A stretch of 64,000 bases of DNA, from contig CAYGTV010000003.1 in the NCBI GenBank assembly GCA_964353135.1, positions 26,718-90,717 of the forward strand, written 5' to 3'. The position numbers and the translations under genes are program-made. The DNA comes from an uncultured Candidatus Saccharibacteria bacterium (GTDB taxonomy: Bacteria; Patescibacteriota; Minisyncoccia; Phycocordibacterales; UBA918). Position 1 is the stretch's first letter, and each line of letters opens with the position of its first letter. Positions 57,316-64,000 of this stretch are shown here, in pieces. The notes beneath the pieces were generated by a model. The model saw nothing but the letters and a program-made list of their open reading frames with translations, had not been told where the DNA came from and did not search any database.

Positions 57316-57936
57316 CTACTGTCTATCGACTAACAATGGGTACGGGTTGATTGCCCCACCTGGACGCTGATACATCCCCATATGCAAGTGTGGTGGTGTC
57401 GTTTCTGCATTACCAGTAGTACCAACAAACCCGAGTACAGTGTCGGTCGTTACAGCCGTCCCCACACGCATACCATCAGCCACCCGATCAAAGTGTGCGT
57501 AGTAGTACCGCATATTGCCTGGACCAGTCACAAATACAAAATTACCTCCTCGTTCACCAAACCCAACTCGTGTCACATACCCAACGGTAGAAGAAAACAC
57601 AGGCGTGCCCCTACCGGCAAAAATATCTACCCCTTCGTGGGTGCGCCCCTCACTCCGAGCTGCTCCCCAGGTGTCAGCAATCTGACTAAGCGGGACCCCG
57701 TAGACAGGCACTGGTAATTCCGATACTGGTTCCAGATCAGCCAACTGTGACAACCTGAACGGCAAGCTGGCCAACTCGACCATCTGTTGCAACTGACCCG
57801 AAACGGATGTTGTTTGTTTGTTGAATTGGTCAATCACATAGAGTGATAACCACCCACAACTAGCTATTACGGATAATATAATTGTCCATCGCACCAACAC
57901 TGCTACACCCCTGCTTCTAGAATTATCTACCAACAT
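57316..57936 (-). CDS. M23 (LytM-type) peptidoglycan endopeptidase.
   Basis: HEGVDIFAGRGTPV ... HLHMGM metal ligands. Confidence 0.8.
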   Translation of the reverse strand: MLVDNSRSRGVAVLVRWTIILSVIASCGWLSLYVIDQFNKQTTSVSGQLQQMVELASLPFRLSQLADLEPVSELPVPVYGVPLSQIADTWGAARSEGRTHEGVDIFAGRGTPVFSSTVGYVTRVGFGERGGNFVFVTGPGNMRYYYAHFDRVADGMRVGTAVTTDTVLGFVGTTGNAETTPPHLHMGMYQRPGGAINPYPLLVDRQ

Positions 57937-58000
57937 ATTATAAGTACTACACGATCTTTTGAAAAAAATTTCAATTTTGAAGAGAAAATTTATATTTGAT

Positions 58001-58035
58001 GCAGGCAGTGTGGGACAAAATCAGAACTATTTTAT
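58001..58035. repeat. 35-bp motif gcaggcagtgtgggacaaaatcagaactatttt, copy 1.
   Basis: Matches 60641-60675 at 30 of 35 positions. Confidence 0.6.
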
Positions 58036-58123
58036 CTAGGTACTTCTTCATGAAAATAATTGGTCTCACTCTACTTCAAAATCTTTCATTTCACGTACTT
58101 GCTCTATGGCTGCGGCTGCGACG

Positions 58124-58963
58124 CTACTCAAATATCGAAGAACCACTATCAAATTCAAGGTTAAACACTACTTGTCCTTCGTCATTTATAAAATAAGATT
58201 GCACCTGATCAAGCATTGCGGAGAACGCTTGTTCGTATGAATCTACACAGTACATTTGCGTCGCAAATAATCCACTAAAGGTTAGTCGATTTTCGTCTAC
58301 TACATAACTACCTCCCATTGCGTTGCAGTCGGTACTGATACTAAGTGAACCATCGTCACTGAAAGTCATAATGAACGCTTGATCAGTAGAAGTGGCTGGC
58401 GTGATAGATGTGCCGTCGCTGTAGATGGTCTGCACCCACGTCCAGCTCTGACTGGTAAGAGTCGGTGTGCTGGTGGCCCTATCATCGGTCTCCCCCATAG
58501 GGGTTGTAGTGGCGGTGCCATCAATTACGTCAGGTATACCGACGACATCTTGAATAGAAGAAATAGTAGCAGTCAGCGCGGCAATAGTTTCGCTTGAAGG
58601 TGCATTGTCTGCCGGTCCTTCATCTTGGTCGAGTGCTAGTAAGGTTGCCTGGTACTCAGTCAACATGCGTTCGAGTCCAACTAGCCCGTCATCCAACATC
58701 TTGGCTTGAGCTGCTGTTAGATTTCGCTCTTTACTCGCGTCAAGCGAAGCGTTGATTGTGTCCAACCTGGCAGCGATTTTAGTTCGGGCAGCAGCAACGT
58801 CTGCTGGCGAGAGCTCGGTTGTGTCCAAGTTTGCCAATTCTGATTCTAGTTTGGCCAGCTCATCGTCAACGGTAGCCACGTAATCAATCGAACTTTCATG
58901 CACCACAAACCACCCGATAGCACACAGTCCGATAACCCCGACCAATATCCCTAGCTTTTTCAT
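58124..58963 (-). CDS. Secreted protein with C-terminal META/HslJ-like domain; paralogue of 54353..55252.
   Basis: ...SWTWVQTIYSDG...FIMTFSDDGSLSISTDCNAMGGSYVVDENRLTFSGLFATQMYC... Confidence 0.55.
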   Translation of the reverse strand: MKKLGILVGVIGLCAIGWFVVHESSIDYVATVDDELAKLESELANLDTTELSPADVAAARTKIAARLDTINASLDASKERNLTAAQAKMLDDGLVGLERMLTEYQATLLALDQDEGPADNAPSSETIAALTATISSIQDVVGIPDVIDGTATTTPMGETDDRATSTPTLTSQSWTWVQTIYSDGTSITPATSTDQAFIMTFSDDGSLSISTDCNAMGGSYVVDENRLTFSGLFATQMYCVDSYEQAFSAMLDQVQSYFINDEGQVVFNLEFDSGSSIFE

Positions 58964-59000
58964 ACAGTATGTCTGTCCCCCAAGTGTAGCAAACTATTGT

Positions 59001-59465
59001 ATGATTGAGAAAGCCATTATGAGACTCACCCGCAAACTACAACAAGAATGGAGCCAACTATTGTTGGGTGAATTTACCCCACACAGTATCGCGCTTGGGC
59101 TCGCCATTGGGACACTAGTGTCGCTCCTGCCGACGTTTGGGTTTAGTGCTCTGTTAGCTTTGCTGCTTATCTTTATTTTTCCTAGTATCAACCGCCCAGC
59201 AATTTTTGTCTCTTTGATTATTTGGAACCCTCTGATTCAAATTCCGATCTACGCCGCTAGTTTTCAATTGGGTTCAATCCTCTTTGCCGACGCAACGCTG
59301 GTTAAATACGACATCGAAATCCTCAACCAGCTATACAGTTTCACCAGACGATTCCTGGTTGCTCATCTGATTATTGTTTCAATAATCACTATGCTGACAT
59401 ACGTAATAGCGAGAGTGACACTTACATACCGCAACACCAAACAGGCTATATTAACGCAAGACTAG
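59001..59465 (+). CDS. DUF2062 membrane protein.
   Basis: ...FTPHSIALGLAIGTLVSLLPTFGFSALLALLLIFIF... typical of DUF2062. Confidence 0.5.
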   Translation: MIEKAIMRLTRKLQQEWSQLLLGEFTPHSIALGLAIGTLVSLLPTFGFSALLALLLIFIFPSINRPAIFVSLIIWNPLIQIPIYAASFQLGSILFADATLVKYDIEILNQLYSFTRRFLVAHLIIVSIITMLTYVIARVTLTYRNTKQAILTQD

Positions 59466-59526
59466 ATTGTAAAGGAGTGTACAAGCAGTATGGGTCATCC
59501 AATGCTAAGCATTTAGTCCTGCCGCT

Positions 59527-60558
59527 CTAAAGGGTTGCAAACACTCGCCTTTCTTTTGAATCGAATCGGATATTGTTACCGTACGGCATTGGAATTTGTG
59601 GTTCAGTATGACCAAAATCCATATTCTGTACTACAGGTATAGTCTTGTTGTAGTTACGAACTGTTTTGAGTATCGCTTCTTGCTGGTCTTTCCTATACCT
59701 CACCCTCTCTTCTGATGTTCTTACCACATCAAACTCACGCGCTTTTGCTCTACCGACACAAACTCCTTGTATGCGTTCTAAAATACCTCTTTCTCCAAAG
59801 GCACGAAATACTCTACTAACGTAATCTGCTGAAGGAATCTCTTCTGAAGTTTCCATCATCAGTACAATATTTGCAAATTGTTCTAGTGATGGAATCTGTA
59901 CTCCATGTCGTAACATTTCGTCGACCGACTCTACACACCCTCCCCATAATAAACCTTCAGTATCTTTGTCTCCATCCCAGCTCCAGCCTTCATTGGTTTC
60001 ATACTCACGCTCCTTGTCGAGCTGTGATTCATCACCCCAATCCAAACCAATATCATTGAAAGATTCACTCGGCAGTAATTCAAATTCACCTTCGTCAAAA
60101 AGAGCATGTTTTATATATTTAACAGTGTACGGATTCATTTCTTTTTGATGCGCGAACTGAGTAAAAAGTGCAGCTCCATAAAATGATGGAATTTCCTTTA
60201 AAAACAAAAAGTTTGAGAAGTGTGAGTTGTCACTAAAACCAAAGAAAGGTTTTGAATTATTGATAAACGGCTCACTCGGTAGATTCTTTATGTATGTAAC
60301 CTGAATGTCTCCTCCTAGAGTTGATATGACTCCCTTAATATCTGGGTCAGAAAATGCAGCAATTAAATCATTTGCTTTTTCTTCTACTGTAGCATCAAGC
60401 TTATCTGCTGCCGGATACACAACCGGTTCAAGTTCAAATTCTTCGCGGAGTCTTTTTAACCCTAGTTCATGTACATGTGGCCACACAGCGGACGCAGCGA
60501 AGCTGGGTGAAACTATCGCAACTTTGTCTCCTTTGGATAATTTAGACAACTTTTTCAT
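59527..60558 (-). CDS. LD-carboxypeptidase (peptidase S66, MccF/LdcA-like).
   Basis: LSKGDKVAIVSPS N-terminus; nucleophile motif FFGFSDNSHF; 343 aa. Confidence 0.6.
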   Translation of the reverse strand: MKKLSKLSKGDKVAIVSPSFAASAVWPHVHELGLKRLREEFELEPVVYPAADKLDATVEEKANDLIAAFSDPDIKGVISTLGGDIQVTYIKNLPSEPFINNSKPFFGFSDNSHFSNFLFLKEIPSFYGAALFTQFAHQKEMNPYTVKYIKHALFDEGEFELLPSESFNDIGLDWGDESQLDKEREYETNEGWSWDGDKDTEGLLWGGCVESVDEMLRHGVQIPSLEQFANIVLMMETSEEIPSADYVSRVFRAFGERGILERIQGVCVGRAKAREFDVVRTSEERVRYRKDQQEAILKTVRNYNKTIPVVQNMDFGHTEPQIPMPYGNNIRFDSKERRVFATL

Positions 60559-60640
60559 AGTCTGAGTATATCAAAGTTCGAATCTCTTACTCTCGCGCTC
60601 GCACAAACGAAAAAAGTCTTTCGGACTTGTTTCGGTGCTC

Positions 60641-60675
60641 GCGGGCAGTGTGGGACGAAATACGAACTATTTTGA
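60641..60675. repeat. 35-bp motif gcgggcagtgtgggacgaaatacgaactatttt, copy 2.
   Basis: See 58001..58035. Confidence 0.6.
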
Positions 60676-60678
60676 CAT

Positions 60679-60710
60679 AAAAAACCCCGAACCATTGCTG
60701 ATTCGGGGCG
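60679..60710 (-). terminator. Terminator for the tRNA-Ser transcript, about 165 nt past the tRNA 3' end.
   Basis: Minus strand cgccccgaa-tcagcaatgg-ttcggggtttttt. Confidence 0.6.
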
Positions 60711-60877
60711 TGTCGTCTTATTTCTACTCATGCTATCGCCTTCTGACACATCTGGGCTATAGTTAACTGCATGAGGGGCAATATCAAGATGTCGCACGTT
60801 ACGACATACCGCGCTGCTACCACACGTTTACTCGGCTACCAATAAGATAGCACATTTAATTAAATTGTCAATAGATG

Positions 60878-60964
60878 CGGAGAGTAAGGGATTCGAACCC
60901 TTGGAACCCGTAAAGGCTCGGCAGTTTAGTAAACTGCTGCTTTCGACCACTCAGCCAACTCTCC
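60878..60964 (-). tRNA. Class II tRNA, Ser-like (discriminator G, long variable arm) with apparent anticodon ACT (unusual).
   Basis: Reverse complement GGAGAGT-TG-GCT-GAGTGGTCGAA-AGC-A-GCAGT-TTACTAA-ACTGC-CGAGCCTTTACGGGTTCC-AAGGG-TTCGAAT-CCCTT-ACTCTCC-G. The anticodon arm is a perfect 17-nt palindrome. Confidence 0.6.
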
Positions 60965-61300
60965 ATAATATTGTTTTGTAAGAACGCTTTGTTTTTGCCA
61001 GGCGTTCGACCTGGTTTCCTCCTTCGCTCTGTTCAGCTTCGCTTCACAACGAGCGATCTTTCCGCTACGCTCCAAGACCGGATGAAAAGTGAAATTGTTC
61101 ACTTTTCATCCACTCAGCCAACTCTCCAATTATTTATCTCTGTAAGAACGCGTTATTTCTGTCAGGCGTTCGGCTTGGTTTCCTCCTTTGTCCTGTTCGC
61201 TTCGCTTCACAACGGCCAATTCTGACTTTTGTCAGAACCGGATAGATTGAGACGAAAGTCTCAATCTATCCAAAATGGTGCGCCCATCATTGTAAACTAA
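60965..61300. repeat. Tandem ~170-bp structured repeat (two units) upstream of tRNA-Ser. The second unit carries a duplicate of the first 18 nt of the tRNA.
   Basis: Units of about 60965-61131 and 61132-61300 share tgtaagaacgc...caggcgttcg.c.tggtttcctcct...cttcgcttcacaacg. Copies of cactcagccaactctcc lie at 60948-60964 and 61115-61131. Contains AAGGAGG and several perfect hairpins (e.g. 61248-61283). Confidence 0.7.
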
Positions 61301-61318
61301 ATTTGAAATTAAAAAAGT

Positions 61319-62071
61319 CTATTCTTGCAGCACTACAGCTGTAAGAAACCGAGCTTCTGGTTCACCAGTCCGAACCGACCGGTAGTGTGAGAAACGATCG
61401 GCCGAGGTCGCTGTATCGATCAAACTGGTGGTAATGTTTTTCAGCAGCACCCCTTCCCCTGTCAGTTGCTCCTGGATGTACGCAGCTAGATCTATCGAGA
61501 TTTCGCCACTAGGCAAATCGGTTATAAATGGCTGCCACTCTGGCTTTTCTTTTTGCACTGCGGTTTCAAACACGTATGAATCAGGTCCAATACCTGAACC
61601 GATGTACACCTCGATGTCAGATGGGTTTGATCCGTACACCTCCGCCATTTGTTGCACTACCTTTGCAGCTAGTTGACGATCAACTGGCTTCCAGCCCAGG
61701 TGTGCCAGAGCTACCACACCAGCAACCGGATCATGGTACGAAACTGGAAAGCAATCACCGGTAAGAAGCAGTAGAACAACACCGGGTGTATTTGTGATTA
61801 ACGCTTCGGTTGCAAACGTCATAGCCTTTTGTGCTTCACCAACATGAGTGACTTTGTCTGCATGCTCACACGCAATCAATACACAATTAGATAATGACAA
61901 TCCCTGCGAATCCAGAAATGCACGAGTGTGCTTTAAAACAACGTTCGGTTTGCCATGTTGAATAGCCAGGTTTCCATCAGCTACAGTGGATTCGGTGTGG
62001 AAGAAAGTGGTCATATGGTGAGTATAGCAAAATGGAGACGAGAGGTGAGAAAGTCTGGGAGACTTTTGCAA
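61319..62071 (-). CDS. YfiH/PgeF-family (DUF152) purine-nucleoside phosphorylase / polyphenol-oxidase-like protein.
   Basis: TGDCFPV and ALAHLGWKP motifs; the true start may be the internal MTTFF (62014). Confidence 0.65.
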   Translation of the reverse strand: MQKSPRLSHLSSPFCYTHHMTTFFHTESTVADGNLAIQHGKPNVVLKHTRAFLDSQGLSLSNCVLIACEHADKVTHVGEAQKAMTFATEALITNTPGVVLLLLTGDCFPVSYHDPVAGVVALAHLGWKPVDRQLAAKVVQQMAEVYGSNPSDIEVYIGSGIGPDSYVFETAVQKEKPEWQPFITDLPSGEISIDLAAYIQEQLTGEGVLLKNITTSLIDTATSADRFSHYRSVRTGEPEARFLTAVVLQE

Positions 62072-62092
62072 GACTCATTGAGAATTATTGTG
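62040..62092. repeat. Copy 2 of the hairpin element gagaggtgagaaagtctgggagacttttgcaagac.
   Basis: About 85% identical to 10664-10712; inner palindrome aaagtct/agacttt. Confidence 0.55.
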
Positions 62093-62261
62093 AGTGAATA
62101 CGAAACAATAAGTCCAATGAGTGGACAGGTCCTGTAAGGATTCGGTCGCCTCCGCATCAATATATTCTGCGACTACGTCTTGAATCTATTATGCTACCCG
62201 ACCCCGTCGCTTCTGTGTGGACAAAAATTCTTTTGTCCGGCTTCGCCAGAAGCTTTTTTCG

Positions 62262-62279
62262 AATCCTCTCGTCTCGCGC
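62262..62279. repeat. Inverted copy of the tRNA-Ser(GCT) 3' end (ttcgaatcctctcgtctc) just beyond its terminator.
   Basis: Reverse complement of 62327-62344; terminator aaaacctaaag-acatg-ctttaggtttt lies between them. Confidence 0.7.
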
Positions 62280-62324
62280 AAAATGCAACAAAACCTAAAG
62301 ACATGCTTTAGGTTTTGGCATTTG

Positions 62325-62409
62325 CGGAGACGAGAGGATTCGAACCTCCGGGGGCGTGAACCCCACTTCCTTAGCAAGGAAGCACGATAGACCACTCTGA
62401 CACGTCTCC
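62325..62409 (-). tRNA. tRNA-Ser (anticodon GCT), class II.
   Basis: Reverse complement GGAGACG-TG-...-CTTCC-TTGCTAA-GGAAG-TGGGGTTCACGCCCCC-GGAGG-TTCGAAT-CCTCT-CGTCTCC-G. Confidence 0.85.
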
Positions 62410-62462
62410 GTAATTATGCTTCTGTGCGAGACAGAATAGCACAATTGGCAGTTGAGAAAAAG

Positions 62463-63611
62463 TTATTTGATTGCACTTGCTACCGCTTTTACCAACCCTG
62501 GTTCGTTGTTGGTTGGGACGATTTTGTCGGCCGTTGGTTTTTTAACCAGACCAGCTATTTTTTTCGCTGCCGCTAGTTTCATATCGTCAGTAATATCACG
62601 CACCCCTTTATCTAGAGCACCACGGAAAATCCCTGGGAACGCCAGCGAGTTGTTGATCTGGTTTGGCATATCACTACGGCCAGTGGCACAGATGAGAGCT
62701 CCTGCCCGTTTGGCATCTTCGGGCATGATCTCTGGGATCGGGTTAGCTAAGGCAAACACGATCGCGTTGTCTGCCATCTTTTGGATATGGGCTGGTGCAA
62801 TGGTACCCGGACCAGACACTCCAACCACCACATCCGCACCAGCAATCACCTGCATCAAGTCACCGGTCACCTGGTCTTTGTTGGTCAGCTTGGCCAACTC
62901 TTGCTTATACGCAGATAGACCCGACCGTCCCTGGGCAATTGCCCCCTGACTATCAGTCACAATCACATTGGAAATCCCCGCCTTTACCAGCAGCAGAGTG
63001 ATTGCCCGCCCGGCTGCCCCCGCACCAACTACCACCACTTTCATTTCGTCTAGTCGTTTTTTGACGACTTTGGAAGCGTTGATTAGACCAGCCAGTACCA
63101 CAATCGCCGTTCCGTGTTGGTCGTCGTGCATAACCGGGATGTCGAGCTCCGCTTTGAGTCTTTCTTCGATCTGGAAACACTTTGGAGCCGAGATGTCCTC
63201 GAGGTTGATCCCACCAAACCCCGGCGCGATGGCCTTTACTACCGCGATGATTTCTTCTGGCTCATGTACATCGAGCACAATCGGAAATGCATCCACGTCA
63301 GCCATGGCTTTAAAAATCGCACACTTTCCCTCCATCACCGGTAGCGCTGGAATCGGACCTAGGTTGCCAAGGCCCAGGATTGCCGAACCGTCGCTAATGA
63401 CCGCAACCATATTTCGCTTCATGGTGTATTCGCGAGCGTCCTTTGGGTTTTTAGCTAAATGAGCAGATACCGCCCCAACTCCTGGTGAATACATCGTACT
63501 CCAGTCAGTTTTTGTCTGAAGCTTGCCTTTGGGAGCAATTGAAATTTTACCCTTTAGCTTTTTATGTAGTTCAAGGGCAAGGCGATTATAGTCTGGTTTT
63601 TTAGCTGGCAT
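62463..63611 (-). CDS. NAD(P)-dependent malic enzyme (short ~380-aa form).
   Basis: Malic enzyme N-domain (..YSPGVG..) and NAD-binding VVVGAGAAGRAI; 382 aa. Confidence 0.85.
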   Translation of the reverse strand: MPAKKPDYNRLALELHKKLKGKISIAPKGKLQTKTDWSTMYSPGVGAVSAHLAKNPKDAREYTMKRNMVAVISDGSAILGLGNLGPIPALPVMEGKCAIFKAMADVDAFPIVLDVHEPEEIIAVVKAIAPGFGGINLEDISAPKCFQIEERLKAELDIPVMHDDQHGTAIVVLAGLINASKVVKKRLDEMKVVVVGAGAAGRAITLLLVKAGISNVIVTDSQGAIAQGRSGLSAYKQELAKLTNKDQVTGDLMQVIAGADVVVGVSGPGTIAPAHIQKMADNAIVFALANPIPEIMPEDAKRAGALICATGRSDMPNQINNSLAFPGIFRGALDKGVRDITDDMKLAAAKKIAGLVKKPTADKIVPTNNEPGLVKAVASAIK

Positions 63612-63661
63612 GGGATATATGTGGATTTAAAATAATAGTCCTAGTATATCGTACGTGAAAA

Positions 63662-63709
63662 GGCCGGCAACATTTCATTCGAAGACTATCGAAATAAATG
63701 TTGCCGGCC
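63662..63709. terminator. Long perfect hairpin (14-bp stem) between the small ORF and the malic enzyme gene.
   Basis: ggccggcaacattt-(20-nt loop)-aaatgttgccggcc. Confidence 0.55.
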
Positions 63710-63734
63710 TCCTCGCCCTGCTCGACGGTTATAT

Positions 63735-63854
63735 CTAGCGTTCTGCATACTGTTGATACGCTTTTTTGGAAGCTTCAAGCATAGCAGCTCGATCATTCGA
63801 GCCCGAAATCATAACAGCGGCAATGACGAGGACGATGAAGGGAATGAATTTCAT
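63735..63854 (-). CDS. Possible 39-aa secreted or membrane peptide.
   Basis: AGGAGG 6 nt upstream of ATG; MKFIPFIVLVIAAVMISGSNDRAAMLEASKKAYQQYAER. Confidence 0.3.
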   Translation of the reverse strand: MKFIPFIVLVIAAVMISGSNDRAAMLEASKKAYQQYAER

Positions 63855-64000
63855 CGTATCCTCCTGGTTGTGAGCACCGGTAAACTCAAGGTATGTACAA
63901 AATATGCCCCGGTTAACCATGTTATAACCCATGACCTATAATTTTGGCAAAGGATAACTTTTTTCAGACATATAAAACAAAACGACCTACGCGCTTTGCG

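Noticed and set aside
60555-60797. 80-aa minus-strand ORF in the tRNA-Ser trailer.
   Set aside because: No RBS and a Ser/Arg-rich odd composition. The region is better explained as a structured tRNA 3' trailer with its terminator at 60679-60710.

Overview
This 64-kb chromosomal window looks like it comes from a small-genome bacterium with Gram-positive-type pilus genes, most plausibly a Patescibacteria/CPR (Saccharibacteria-like) lineage. That placement is an inference from gene content only: a compact type IV pilus/competence supercluster, gatCA-ligA, many small 'odd-job' enzymes, mid-40s % GC, standard genetic code. Layout from left to right:
- 1-3.7 kb: ftsE/ftsX (ftsX cut by the window edge), prfB, a GNAT and a PduL-like gene.
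- 4.0-5.1 kb: tRNA-Thr, tRNA-Asp and tRNA-Met(CAT) with strong intrinsic terminators.
- 5.2-9.6 kb: housekeeping mix (sugar nucleotidyltransferase, Atl/MGMT-like, HD, M24 peptidase, SAM methyltransferase, a 395-aa hypothetical).
- 9.6-12.8 kb: an islet holding an HNH-AP2 endonuclease, a tRNA(CAT) split by a ~258-nt group I intron, a LAGLIDADG-like gene and a membrane-anchored HEPN protein.
- 12.7-28.9 kb: gatA-gatC-ligA followed by an ~12-kb type IV pilus cluster (four pseudopilins, pilD, two pilins, pilC, pilT, REC, pilB, pilP/O/N/M) and comFC.
- 29-34 kb: DUF2853, a metal locus (YibE/F and ZIP with His-rich tails, divergent Fur/Zur gene with paired operators), PNPOx-like, TfoX-N, tandem I78-like inhibitor.
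- 34-46.7 kb: accessory region with a cation antiporter, recQ, a DUF559+OLD-family nuclease pair, then six copies of a conserved ~50-75-bp intergenic element that bracket single-gene 'cassettes' (ClpX zinc-finger orphan, 2-hydroxyacid dehydrogenase, ParB-like + 2H phosphoesterase, half-MFS, MFS), then DUF1294 and a Grx/CcdA-like membrane protein.
- 46.7-57 kb: CsoR-like/rhodanese/MBL sulfur-stress operon, DUF2202 lipoprotein, cupin, rubredoxin (missed by the ORF track), two-component system, ApbE/ferric-reductase-like/FNR-like operon, META-domain protein, MhqE/MhqD-like pair.
- 57-64 kb: M23 and S66 cell-wall peptidases sharing an upstream motif, two class-II tRNA-Ser genes (one with an apparent ACT anticodon and a tandem structured repeat upstream), YfiH-like gene, malic enzyme.
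No rRNA, CRISPR array or transposase was seen.
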